DNA of 64,000 nt from Candidatus Omnitrophota bacterium (GTDB taxonomy: Bacteria; Omnitrophota; Gorgyraeia; Gygaellales; Profunditerraquicolaceae). This document shows positions 31,296-40,432 of the stretch, piece after piece. A program made the translations under genes and the position numbers. The notes beneath the pieces are model-generated. The model was not told the DNA's origin and did not search any database. It was given only the letters and a program-made list of their open reading frames with translations. The stretch is taken from positions 44,813 through 108,812 of the forward strand of contig JAQTQJ010000006.1 in assembly GCA_028712255.1 (NCBI GenBank). Reading direction: 5' to 3'. Positions within the stretch are counted from its first letter, which is position 1, and each line of letters starts with the position of its first letter.

Positions 31296-31297
31296 AA

Positions 31298-32122
31298 ATG
31301 TCTGGACTTATACCAGAGAATTTATTAGAAGATATTCTCGGCCGTACGGATATAGTTGAGCTTATTTCTAGCTATCTTCAGCTTAAAAAAGCAGGCAGTA
31401 ATTTTAAGGCTAATTGCCCTTTTCATCATGAAAAGACAGCCTCTTTTATGGTCTCGCCGCAGCGTCAGATCTATCATTGTTTTGGTTGTGGGGAGTCAGG
31501 TAATGCTTTTAAGTTTCTTATGCGGCATGAAAGAATGGAGTTTCCCGAAGCGGTTGAAGTATTAGCAAAAAAAGCAGGGGTTAATTTACCGCAGGAGCAT
31601 AAACCCGAGGCTTTAAAAGCAGCCAGTTTAAATAACCAGTTATACAAAGTTAATGAATTAGCAGCAAATTTTTATGAAAATAATTTATTTACTACCAGTG
31701 GTTTGTCCGCCTGTGATTATTTGAAAAACAGGGGAGTAAAACTTTCTACAGTAAAAGAGTTTCATCTTGGACTTGCAGGCAATGGTTGGGATAATTTAAT
31801 TAATTTTCTGAGATTAAAGAACATTTCTCTTTCGCTTATGGAGAATGCAGGGTTAGTTTTAGCCAAGGAAGCAGGCGGCTACTACGATCGTTTTCGCAAC
31901 CGTATCATTTTTCCTATTTTTGATATTCACAGCAGGGTAATTGGTTTTGGTGCTAGAGTAATGGACAATTGCTTGCCTAAATACATTAATTCACCTGAGA
32001 CTCCGATTTATACCAAAGGCAGGAATCTTTTCGGTTTGAATTTATCCAAGGATTTCATAAGGGATACTGATTGCGTAATAATCGTAGAAGGGTACTTGGA
32101 TTTTATGATACCGTATCAGTAA
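31298..32122 (+). CDS. dnaG: DNA primase DnaG, N-terminal part (zinc-binding domain, RNA polymerase domain and start of TOPRIM), ending at an in-frame TAA
   Basis: CPFHHEKTASF...YHCFGCG zinc ribbon. It ends in ...IVEGYLDFMIPYQ-stop inside the TOPRIM motif. Confidence 0.85.
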   Translation: MSGLIPENLLEDILGRTDIVELISSYLQLKKAGSNFKANCPFHHEKTASFMVSPQRQIYHCFGCGESGNAFKFLMRHERMEFPEAVEVLAKKAGVNLPQEHKPEALKAASLNNQLYKVNELAANFYENNLFTTSGLSACDYLKNRGVKLSTVKEFHLGLAGNGWDNLINFLRLKNISLSLMENAGLVLAKEAGGYYDRFRNRIIFPIFDIHSRVIGFGARVMDNCLPKYINSPETPIYTKGRNLFGLNLSKDFIRDTDCVIIVEGYLDFMIPYQ

Positions 32123-32164
32123 GGAATAAAAAATATAGTAGCCTCTCAAGGAACTGCCCTTACC

Positions 32165-33064
32165 TTGGAGCAGATTAAATTACTTAAGCGTTATACCCAT
32201 AATGTAATAATGGTCTACGATGGCGATACGGCAGGCCAGATTGCTACTTTAAGAAGCCTGGATATCCTTATTGATGAAGGAATGAATGTGAAAATTGCCC
32301 CATTGCCAAAAGACAAAGATCCCGATGTGGTAGTGCGCCAAGAAGGAGTAAAGAGCTTAAGAGTTAAAATTGATAATGCGGCTAGTTTCTTTGATTATAA
32401 ACTGGATGTCTTAAGGAGTCGTTATGATATAAAGGAGGCCCAAGGAAAAAGTGAGATCGCCTCCCAAATGCTTTTAACCATTAATAAATTCGATAATGCC
32501 ATTTTAAGAGGCGAGTATATAAAAAAATTATCTGAGGAGATTAAAATAGATGAACACTATATTCTTGATGAATTGAATAAATTGAAACTTAACGCTACAA
32601 GTCCTGGAAGAATAGTTTTGCCTTTAGAAAAAAAATATACTGAAATTAATCCCGCTGAGAAGCTTTTAATCAAATTTATGCTTGAAGAAAAAGAATTGAT
32701 TGGAAAAATCATGGAGGAGCTATCCCCTTCGGATTTTCAAGATGCGCGCACCGCCAAAATTGTACAAGTTATTCATGATTTGATCCTGCGAGGTAAAAAT
32801 ATTGAGCCAAGCCTCTTGATGAATTATTTCAGTGAAGATGATGCAAATCAGTTACTCTGCGAAACCATGTTTATGCCCACTATATTAGAGGAAGAAAGGG
32901 AAAAAGCTCTCAATGATTGTATTGCGCGAATTAAAGTGCAGAGAGTAAAGACTAGGCGTGAATACCTACATACACAGATAAAAAATGCCCAAAATATGGG
33001 TGATGAACAAAGATTAAATAGCCTTATTCAGGAATTTCATAATCTTATAAAGAAAGGTGATTAG
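32165..33064 (+). CDS. dnaG: DNA primase DnaG, C-terminal part (rest of TOPRIM plus helicase-interaction domain), in the same frame as the upstream fragment
   Basis: The translation from 32123 is GIKNIVASQGTALT...VYDGDTAG, which matches the conserved DnaG TOPRIM (EGxxD...DxD). Only one TAA separates it from the upstream ORF. Confidence 0.85.
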   Translation: MEQIKLLKRYTHNVIMVYDGDTAGQIATLRSLDILIDEGMNVKIAPLPKDKDPDVVVRQEGVKSLRVKIDNAASFFDYKLDVLRSRYDIKEAQGKSEIASQMLLTINKFDNAILRGEYIKKLSEEIKIDEHYILDELNKLKLNATSPGRIVLPLEKKYTEINPAEKLLIKFMLEEKELIGKIMEELSPSDFQDARTAKIVQVIHDLILRGKNIEPSLLMNYFSEDDANQLLCETMFMPTILEEEREKALNDCIARIKVQRVKTRREYLHTQIKNAQNMGDEQRLNSLIQEFHNLIKKGD

Positions 33065-33067
33065 CGA

Positions 33068-34621
33068 ATGAAGAAAAAAGAGCAGCCCACTAAGGATATG
33101 GAGAAATTGATTGCTCTGGGCAAACAGAAAGGTTTTCTCACTTATGATGAAGTAAACGATCTTTTGCCAGAGGATCTTTCAAGCACCGTAGCAATTGATC
33201 ACCTTTTCGAATTACTTGGTAACGAAGACATTCAAATCGTAGAAGCTGAAAGTGATGCCGGTTTATCGGCAAACAGGGCTACTCAGGATAAACAAAATTT
33301 AGCTGCCCAGCGAGAAGAACTGCTTACTGAACAACTAAAAAGCGAAGAGCGGTTTATGCCGCTTGATGACCCGGTAAAGATGTATTTGAAGCAAATGGGG
33401 TCTATTTCGCTCTTAAGCCGTGAAAATGAAATTGAGTTGGCAAAAAAAATAGAGGATGCTGAAGATAAATTTAAGCGTGCCAGCCTTGCTGCTAAATTTG
33501 TCAGAAATGAAGTTTTAGTTGTTGCCAATGACATTTTGGAAGAAAAAATCAATATGGAAGAAGTAGTTAAAGAGGATATTCGAATAAAGAAGAGCAGTGT
33601 TGTGGGTAGATTTAAGCGCCTCCTAAGTAAGGTTAAGCAAACTCGAAGTGATGATGTTGCTGTTAATTTGATATTACAACTTAATTTTACCACTTCCGTG
33701 ATCGAGGCGGCGGTGCGTAAATTAAGCCTGTTACTTCGGGAACTTGATTATATAAAACGTTCAGGTAAAAGAACTAGTAACCGCCGTTCTCAGATACTGA
33801 AAGAAATTTCTCAGCCTTACGGTAAAATTAAGGAGCAGATGAAATTGGTAAAATCCGCTCATCTAAAGTTTAGCCGTACTAAAAAGAAATTGGTGGAGGC
33901 GAACCTTCGGCTGGTTGTAAGTATTGCTAAAAAATATACTAATCGAGGGCTTTCTTTTCTTGACCTAATTCAAGAAGGTAATATCGGATTAATGCGAGCT
34001 GTGGAAAAATTTGAATATAAGCGCGGATATAAATTTTCAACTTACGCTACTTGGTGGATCCGCCAGGCGATAACCCGTTCGATTGCAGATCAAGCCCGCA
34101 CTATCAGAATCCCTGTGCATATGACCGAGACAATTAACAAAATAATTCGATTTTCTAGGGTTTTTGTCCAAAAAAATGGCCGTGAACCTACTCCTGAGGA
34201 GATCGCTCACAAGATGCGTTTTCCACAGGGTAAAATAAAATCCATTCTCAAGATTGCTCAGGAACCTATCTCTTTACAAATGCCTATAGGGGATGAAGGC
34301 GACACGCACTTTGGGGATTTTATTCAGGATAAAAAAGCAGTATCACCGGCAAATGAAACCGTGCGTTCAATGTTAAAAGATGAAATGAATTCTGCTTTAG
34401 GTACTTTAACGGAGAGAGAGAAGAAAATTTTAGTCTTACGTTTTGGTATTCAAGATGGATCAGCACGCACCTTAGAAGAAGTAGGCAATGTATTTAAGGT
34501 TACAAGAGAAAGAGTCCGGCAGATCGAAGCCAAAGCCTTAAAGAAGTTGAGGCATCCATCACGTTCGCGACGTTTGCGCACATTTATGGATATGACTCTG
34601 GCACACCAAAGAGAATATTAA
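33068..34621 (+). CDS. rpoD: RNA polymerase sigma factor RpoD (sigma-70)
   Basis: Region 2 ([12 protein letters not shown]), region 4 and 517 aa, following dnaG. Confidence 0.95.
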   Translation: MKKKEQPTKDMEKLIALGKQKGFLTYDEVNDLLPEDLSSTVAIDHLFELLGNEDIQIVEAESDAGLSANRATQDKQNLAAQREELLTEQLKSEERFMPLDDPVKMYLKQMGSISLLSRENEIELAKKIEDAEDKFKRASLAAKFVRNEVLVVANDILEEKINMEEVVKEDIRIKKSSVVGRFKRLLSKVKQTRSDDVAVNLILQLNFTTSVIEAAVRKLSLLLRELDYIKRSGKRTSNRRSQILKEISQPYGKIKEQMKLVKSAHLKFSRTKKKLVEANLRLVVSIAKKYTNRGLSFLDLIQEGNIGLMRAVEKFEYKRGYKFSTYATWWIRQAITRSIADQARTIRIPVHMTETINKIIRFSRVFVQKNGREPTPEEIAHKMRFPQGKIKSILKIAQEPISLQMPIGDEGDTHFGDFIQDKKAVSPANETVRSMLKDEMNSALGTLTEREKKILVLRFGIQDGSARTLEEVGNVFKVTRERVRQIEAKALKKLRHPSRSRRLRTFMDMTLAHQREY

Positions 34622-34717
34622 AGCCAGCATCAATAAAGGTATTTATAATGACTTGTTTAAAAAATAAGTCTTAGGGTAGCTTCTCTTAAAGGGGGGGCTG
34701 CCTTTTATTCAATAAAT

Positions 34718-37033
34718 ATGGAAAATCAAAAACAGGATAAAGTAGAGATTACTTCTGCGGAATTGCTTAATAGAGAGCTGCAAGAAAAGGCTATTTTGGA
34801 TAATATTCCGGATATTGCCTGGCTTAAAGATAGCCAAAGCAACTTTATCATGGTTAATGAGCGTTTTGGCCAGACTTGTGGTTTTAAACCTGAAAAGCTG
34901 GTGGGTAAGAATGACTTAGATATTTGGCCAAAAGATCTGGCGGAAAGTTATCGCGCCGACGACCAGGAAGTAATGAAGAGCGGGAAGCGAAAATGTGTGC
35001 AGGAGAGAATAATTAACAACGAAGGCATAGTTAGTTGGGTTGAAACTATTAAAACCCCGGTTTTCGACGAACATGGCGCTGTAGTCGGCACAACTGGTAT
35101 ATCCAGGGATATTACGCAGCGTAAAAAAGAAGAAGAAAGATTACAAAATATCCGTTCGGAACTAGCACTTAGAGTTAAGGTAAGAACAGCTGAATTATCT
35201 AGCCTTAATGAAGACTTACGCAAAGAAATAAGTAAACATAGAGTTACCGAAGAAGAATTAAAAGTTTACCGTGAAAAACTGGAGGTTTTAGTAGAACAAC
35301 GCACAAAGTTACTGGAGTTAGAGATTGAATCAAGGAAAACCGCTGAGTCAAATGCAAGTACTTTAAATAAACAGATCGAATTTATTTTAGGAGCAACTAA
35401 AACCGGCCTGGATATTATTGATAAGGATTATTTTATTCATTATGTAGACCCGGAATGGGCGCATCTTTATGGAGATTGGAAGGGGAAAAAATGTTTTAAT
35501 TATTTTAAAGATCGTTTGGTTCCCTGCCCTGAGTGTCCGATTGACAAAACATTAGAGATAAAGAAAGCTATCGTTAGCGAAGAGGTAATGCCTAAAGAAA
35601 ATAACCGTTTCAATCAGGTTACTACCATACCTTTTCAAAACAGTGATGGCCAATGGTTATTTGCCAGAGTACATGTTGATATAACCGAAAAAAACAAGAT
35701 AACCGAAGAATTACAGCGTTACCGTAATAATTTAGAGCATTTAGTGGGAGAACGTACTCAAGAACTTCTGCAGGAGACAGCCAGGTATAAAAAATCGGAA
35801 TTAGAAAAAAATATTCTTAACCGTGAATTGATTAAAACCAATCAAAAGTTAAAGAGCGTTTCGCTTATCGACGCGCATACTGGATTATATAATTATCGTT
35901 ATCTTCAGGATGTTATTGAAGCCGAATTCCACCAGGCTAGAAGATATGCTCAAAATTTGGCTCTAATAATGCTTGATGTGGATTATTTTAAATCTATAAA
36001 TGATGTTTATGGCGTAGCCTTTGGCGACTTGGTTTTAAAACAGTTGGCAATACAGCTAAAAAGAATGGTAAGGCGTTACGATATCCTTGTGCGTTACAGT
36101 GGAGAAGAATTTATTATTATATCTCCCAGGTTAAATCGTAGTGTGGCTTTTAATATGGCCCAGAGATTGCTCGATTCTTTAAACTTCATTAACTTTGGGA
36201 ATAAGAAACACAGCGTTAAGTTAAAGTTAAGTTTTTCCGTAGTTTCTTTTCCTGATGATAGAGCTAATAAAGGAAAGGATTTGGTGAATTTAGCCAACAA
36301 AGTGCTTAATAAAGTCAAGGAAAGCGGAGGTAATCGCGCCTATTGTATTCTAGATATCAAAAGCAATCTGAAGAAAAAAACGGAAAAATCATCTAAAGCC
36401 ATAGGCGTAAAAACTTTAAAGAATACAATTAATAAACTTAATAAACAATCAAAACAGGGGTTGACTGAATCAATTTTTGCCTTTGCTAAAACTCTGGAAT
36501 TAAAAGATCATTATACCGGTGAACATGTTGAGAATACGGTACATTTTGCAATAGAAATTGCAAAAGAATTAAATTTAGCAAAAGAAGAGGTAGAGTTAAT
36601 AAAGCAGGCGGCGATGTTGCATGATTTAGGCAAGATAGGTATAAGTGAGAATATCTTGCTTAAGAAGGGCAAGCTTACCAAGAAGGAATTTGAAGAAATT
36701 AAAAAACATCCTCAGATTGGGGCTGATATTATTAGGCCTATTCAATTTTTACATGCCCTGATTCCTTTTATTTTCTATCACCATGAGCGCTGGGACGGAA
36801 AAGGATATCCTAGCGGGATAAAAGGAGAGGATATTCCTCTGGGAGCTAGGGTTATTGCTATTGCTGATGTATACCAGGCTTTGATTAGCGACCGGCCATA
36901 TCATAAGGCATTTTCCAAGACTGTTGCGATAGATCTTATTAAAAAGGCCTCCGGAACTCAGTTTGACCCTCGTATTGTGAGTACTTTCTTAAAGGTTATT
37001 AATCGCAAAAAAAGAGCTATTCTACCGAGTTAA
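34718..37033 (+). CDS. PAS/PAC-GGDEF-HD-GYP multidomain c-di-GMP signalling protein
   Basis: Two PAS regions, a GGDEF domain (SGEEF) and a C-terminal HD-GYP (HDLGK...HHERWDGKGYP). Confidence 0.85.
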   Translation: MENQKQDKVEITSAELLNRELQEKAILDNIPDIAWLKDSQSNFIMVNERFGQTCGFKPEKLVGKNDLDIWPKDLAESYRADDQEVMKSGKRKCVQERIINNEGIVSWVETIKTPVFDEHGAVVGTTGISRDITQRKKEEERLQNIRSELALRVKVRTAELSSLNEDLRKEISKHRVTEEELKVYREKLEVLVEQRTKLLELEIESRKTAESNASTLNKQIEFILGATKTGLDIIDKDYFIHYVDPEWAHLYGDWKGKKCFNYFKDRLVPCPECPIDKTLEIKKAIVSEEVMPKENNRFNQVTTIPFQNSDGQWLFARVHVDITEKNKITEELQRYRNNLEHLVGERTQELLQETARYKKSELEKNILNRELIKTNQKLKSVSLIDAHTGLYNYRYLQDVIEAEFHQARRYAQNLALIMLDVDYFKSINDVYGVAFGDLVLKQLAIQLKRMVRRYDILVRYSGEEFIIISPRLNRSVAFNMAQRLLDSLNFINFGNKKHSVKLKLSFSVVSFPDDRANKGKDLVNLANKVLNKVKESGGNRAYCILDIKSNLKKKTEKSSKAIGVKTLKNTINKLNKQSKQGLTESIFAFAKTLELKDHYTGEHVENTVHFAIEIAKELNLAKEEVELIKQAAMLHDLGKIGISENILLKKGKLTKKEFEEIKKHPQIGADIIRPIQFLHALIPFIFYHHERWDGKGYPSGIKGEDIPLGARVIAIADVYQALISDRPYHKAFSKTVAIDLIKKASGTQFDPRIVSTFLKVINRKKRAILPS

Positions 37034-37106
37034 TTTGGATAAATTTTAACTTGCCCCGCTATAAATAATGTGTTAAACTAAAAAAATATTCACTATTAAC
37101 AAATTA

Positions 37107-37180
37107 GGGCCCATAGCTCAGTCGGTTAGAGCAGTTGACTCATAATCAATTGGTCCGGGGTTCGAGTCCCTGTGGGCCCA
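37107..37180 (+). tRNA. tRNA-Met (or Ile2) with anticodon CAT
   Basis: Cloverleaf with GGGCCCA/TGGGCCC acceptor, GCTC/GAGC D-stem, anticodon loop CTCATAA and T-loop TTCGAGT. No encoded CCA. Confidence 0.85.
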
Positions 37181-37321
37181 GTTGATAGCTTTCGGCACAC
37201 AGTTTTAAACCTCGGACCAAAAAGGGGTGTGGGGAAAAATTTTCCCCACGTATTCGGGGTGACAGCGAAGCGCCATAGGGGCAGAGCCCCTATGGGAAGC
37301 GACGAGCTGGGCGAGGAGCGA

Positions 37322-37352
37322 CTGGTCCGGGGTTGGAGTCCCTGTGGGCCCA
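37322..37352 (+). repeat. 30-nt near-perfect direct copy (1 mismatch) of the T-arm/acceptor 3' end of the upstream tRNA-Met, 141 nt downstream of it
   Basis: TGGTCCGGGGTTgGAGTCCCTGTGGGCCCA versus TGGTCCGGGGTTcGAGTCCCTGTGGGCCCA. Confidence 0.8.
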
Positions 37353-37367
37353 GTATTATATATTATG

Positions 37368-37441
37368 GGGCGATTGGCTCAGTTGGTTAGAGCGCCACAT
37401 TCACATTGTGGAAGTCAGAGGTTCGAATCCTCTATCGCCCA
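37368..37441 (+). tRNA. tRNA-Val (CAC)
   Basis: Cloverleaf with acceptor GGGCGAT/ATCGCCC, anticodon stem CCACA/TGTGG with loop TTCACAT, and T-loop TTCGAAT. Confidence 0.85.
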
Positions 37442-37508
37442 TTTAAAATGAGCGAAGTTAGAGCGTCCGCCACTAAAGCGTTGGCGGACGGGCGCCAAAG
37501 TATTAGTG

Positions 37509-37562
37509 GCGCCCGCCACATTCACATTGTGGAAGTCAGAGGTTGCGAGTCTTATTCGTCCA
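37509..37562 (+). repeat. degenerate direct copy of the 3' two-thirds (anticodon arm to 3' end) of tRNA-Val, 67 nt downstream of the gene
   Basis: 30 nt are identical (GCCACATTCACATTGTGGAAGTCAGAGGTT), followed by a decayed T-arm/acceptor copy ending CCAT. Confidence 0.75.
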
Positions 37563-37585
37563 TTAATATTTTCTGAGGAGATAAA

Positions 37586-38305
37586 TTGACTATAGCTGAT
37601 TTGAAGTCGCAGATAATTGGTTTAGTAAAACTTCAGAAGTTAGACGGCCAGATCTATGCTCTAAACAATGAAAAGCTAGCTAAGCCTCAAGAGGTCAAGA
37701 CATTAGAAACCTCCTTTGAAAGCAAAAAACAAGGTTTGGCTGAGCTTGAAAAAAAATCTTTGGAGTTGCAAAAACAGCGTAAGGAAAAGGAACTTGAACT
37801 TGCAGCTAACGCTGAAACAGTAAAGAAGCTACAGGGCCAGCTCTATTCTTTAAAGACAAATAAAGAATTTCAAACTATGCAACAGCAAATTGCAGATACC
37901 AAGGCTGACGGATCAGTAATCGAGGAAAAGATTCTTATCTCTTTTGAAGAATCAGATAAAATTAAAGCACAAATCGCTGATGAAGATTTAAAATTAAAAG
38001 AAGAAGAAAAGATTTTTTCTGGAGAAAAAAAGAGGGTAGAGTTACGGTTAAAAGAAATTGAGGGTAATTTAAGCCAATTAGAGGCTCAAAGAAAACAGCT
38101 TATTCCTGACATTGACCTAAAGATACTGTTAGAGTATGAACGTATCCTGCATAGTCGTAACGGATTGGCTATTGTAAAAGTTGCAGACAATTCTTGTGCT
38201 GGTTGCCATATGCTATTGCCTCCACAAGTAATTAATTTAATTAAGATGTATGAACATATTATTACCTGTGAAATGTGCAACCGTATTCTTTATATTGAAG
38301 AATGA
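37586..38305 (+). CDS. coiled-coil protein with C-terminal C4 zinc ribbon (COG1579-like)
   Basis: A long heptad-rich region plus CAGCHMLLPPQ...CEMCNRIL. Confidence 0.65.
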   Translation: MTIADLKSQIIGLVKLQKLDGQIYALNNEKLAKPQEVKTLETSFESKKQGLAELEKKSLELQKQRKEKELELAANAETVKKLQGQLYSLKTNKEFQTMQQQIADTKADGSVIEEKILISFEESDKIKAQIADEDLKLKEEEKIFSGEKKRVELRLKEIEGNLSQLEAQRKQLIPDIDLKILLEYERILHSRNGLAIVKVADNSCAGCHMLLPPQVINLIKMYEHIITCEMCNRILYIEE

Positions 38306-38730
38306 CCCATTTACAAATTTATATTGATGGGGCTTCCAAAGGTAACCCAGGGCAAAGTGGAGCCGGAGTTGTAATTTATCAAAGTGGCTGTATAATTAAA
38401 AAGATATCCAATTATATCGGTCATGCTACCAATAATATTGCTGAATACTCTGCTTTGATATATGCTCTTGAAGAGGCCCGTGTTTTAAAAGCCAAAAGTT
38501 TGGAGATTAATACGGATAGCCAGCTTTTGGCCAGACAACTAAACAAGATTTATAAAGTTAGGCATGAAGGAATACGGAATTTTTACAACAAAGCAGTGCA
38601 TCTTTTAACTGGTTTTGAAAAAGTAGTAATTAATCATGTCAGGCGAGAAGAAAACAGCTTGGCGGATAAATTGGCGACAGAAGCAATTAGAAAGAAGCAG
38701 GCAGAATGTGGCTGCCCACCATTGTTTTAA
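38302..38730 (+). CDS. rnhA: ribonuclease HI
   Basis: IYIDGASKGNPG N-terminus with the RNase H fold catalytic residues DGA...E...D... Confidence 0.85.
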   Translation: MTHLQIYIDGASKGNPGQSGAGVVIYQSGCIIKKISNYIGHATNNIAEYSALIYALEEARVLKAKSLEINTDSQLLARQLNKIYKVRHEGIRNFYNKAVHLLTGFEKVVINHVRREENSLADKLATEAIRKKQAECGCPPLF

Positions 38731-39070
38731 TGTTGGGAGGAAAGTCCGGGCTCCAGAGGATAATGTAACGGGTAACTCCCGTCTCTTAACGCAAGTTAAG
38801 ACGGATATCCGCCACAATACGTGGCGGACCCGCTAATATTTTTGGCGGGAGAGCCACAGAGACGAGCGTCCCCGTGTAAATGGGGCGGTGAAACGAGGCA
38901 ATCTCTACATGGAGCAAAGCAGAATAGGAGACAAGCGCTGTATCCGGCGCGATATCAGTCTTAGGGTATGCTGCTAAAGCTTGCGCGGTAACGCGCTTGT
39001 TGAGAGGAATAGTCACTAATCGATGCGCAGATTCGCATCAAGACAGAACCCGGCTTATTCTGCCTGCTTT
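38694..39070 (+). ncRNA. rnpB: RNase P RNA (bacterial type A)
   Basis: Contains the universally conserved P4 halves GGAGGAAAGTCCGGGCTCC and ACAGAACCCGGCTTAT. P1 pairs GAAGCAGGCAGAA with TTCTGCCTGCTTT. About 377 nt. Confidence 0.9.
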
Positions 39071-39110
39071 AAATTAGAAATTCTAAACTCTGGATAAGTT
39101 TTAAGCTTTA

Positions 39111-39160
39111 AGTTATAAGCTACAAACTTACAGCTTATAACTACTGTTTAAATTTGTTTA
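39111..39160 (+). terminator. hairpin AGTTATAAGCT-loop-AGCTTATAACT followed by T-rich tract; probable rnpB terminator
   Basis: An 11-bp perfect stem 40 nt after the RNase P RNA 3' end, followed by ACTGTTTAAATTTGTTT. Confidence 0.45.
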
Positions 39161-39197
39161 GGATTTAATATTCAATGTTCTAACATGGGAGGAAGTT

Positions 39198-39953
39198 ATG
39201 TCAGGTCATTCGAAATGGAAGACAAATAAGGGTAAAAAAGGTATTGCCGACGCAAAAAGAGGCGCAACCTTTACTAAAATTATCAAAGAACTCGTTGTAG
39301 TTGCTAGGGATGGAGGGGGTAATCCCGATTCTAATCCTCGTCTGCGGGCAATAATGCAAAAGGCTAAAGAGGCAAATATGCCTTCGGATAATGTGAAGAT
39401 GGCAATAAAGAGAGGAACCGGAGAACTTCCAGGTGTAGTCTATGAGGCGGTAATGTATGAAGCTTACGGTCCTGGAGGCGTGGCGATTTTGGTTGATTCT
39501 CTTACTGATAATAAAAACCGAACTACCGCTGAGTTGCGTAATCTTATGTCAAAAAGAGGGGGAAATATGGCGGGGGCAGGTGCGGTAAGCTGGATATTTA
39601 CTCAAAAAGGTTATATTTCAGTTACTAAAGATAAGATTAAAGAAGATGAATTGATGAATATTGTTTTGGATGCGGGCGCCGAAGATATGAAGCACGATGA
39701 CAATTTTTATGAAATTTTTACATCCATTCAAGACCTGGAAAAAGTAAAGGCTGCTCTGCAAGAAAAAGGGATTAAGTGGGAAGATGCTGAATTAACTATG
39801 ATTCCTTCCTCTACGATTAAAGTTACTGGGAATGAAGCAAAACAGGTTTTGGCTTTGATAGAATCGCTGGAAGAGCACGATGACGTTCAACAGGTTTATG
39901 CTAATTTTGATATTCCAGATGAAATTTTGGATGAGGTTGCTTCAGAGGAATGA
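39198..39953 (+). CDS. yebC: YebC/PmpR-family transcriptional regulator
   Basis: MSGHSKW...KRG N-terminus, 251 aa, upstream of ruvC as is typical. Confidence 0.9.
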   Translation: MSGHSKWKTNKGKKGIADAKRGATFTKIIKELVVVARDGGGNPDSNPRLRAIMQKAKEANMPSDNVKMAIKRGTGELPGVVYEAVMYEAYGPGGVAILVDSLTDNKNRTTAELRNLMSKRGGNMAGAGAVSWIFTQKGYISVTKDKIKEDELMNIVLDAGAEDMKHDDNFYEIFTSIQDLEKVKAALQEKGIKWEDAELTMIPSSTIKVTGNEAKQVLALIESLEEHDDVQQVYANFDIPDEILDEVASEE

Positions 39954-40432
39954 TTATTATAGGGATTGACCCTGCCCTAGCTATCAGCGGCTATGGTGTT
40001 ATTCAGGTTAAGGGAGCAGCCCTAGCTTTAATTGAAGCGGGTATAATTCAAACCTCGGCAAAAGAGCCAGCTGAAAAAAGACTAGATAAAATCTATCGCG
40101 GAGTACTTAAATTAATCAGCGATATGCACGCAGATTGTTTGGTGCTTGAAAAAATATATTCACATTATAAACATCCGGCAACTGCTTGTATTTTGGGACA
40201 AGCCAGAGGGGTTATTTGTTTGGCAGCAGCTTCCAAAAATATACCTCTTTTTGAATATAGCGCAACACGTATAAAGAAATCAATAGTGGGAAAAGGCTTG
40301 GCTTCTAAGGCTCAGGTACAGGCGATGATTGTCCATACATTAGGATTAAAAACTTTACCATCTCATATGGATGTCACCGACGCCTTGGCGTTAGCTATAG
40401 CGCATAATTATATTAACCGCTCAAAAATATGA
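39950..40432 (+). CDS. ruvC: crossover junction endodeoxyribonuclease RuvC
   Basis: IIGIDPALAISGYGV N-terminus (RuvC fold), 160 aa. Confidence 0.9.
   Translation: MIIIGIDPALAISGYGVIQVKGAALALIEAGIIQTSAKEPAEKRLDKIYRGVLKLISDMHADCLVLEKIYSHYKHPATACILGQARGVICLAAASKNIPLFEYSATRIKKSIVGKGLASKAQVQAMIVHTLGLKTLPSHMDVTDALALAIAHNYINRSKI

Noticed and set aside
31262-31297. Extended DnaG N-terminus MFRFYQNQKEIK from the ORF track
   Set aside because: It overlaps the nif3 stop region and lacks conservation. The ATG at 31298 with upstream AAAGGAAATAAAA is the more plausible start.
32117-32170. Programmed ribosomal frameshift or intein splitting dnaG
   Set aside because: Both parts are in the same frame with a single TAA between them, and the residues on either side of the TAA are the contiguous conserved TOPRIM motif. 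No frame change or inserted sequence is present.
37172-37390. 72-aa ORF spanning the tRNA-Met duplicate and tRNA-Val
   Set aside because: It overlaps two tRNA features, has no RBS, and has an odd composition. It is an artefact of the six-frame translation.
37107-37562. Active integrated mobile element at tRNA-Met/tRNA-Val (prophage or genomic island)
   Set aside because: The tRNA 3' ends are duplicated, but the inserts are only 141 and 67 nt and no integrase, excisionase or cargo genes are adjacent. At most it is a remnant or a miniature element, so I reported it as a finding and not as a mobile_element feature.
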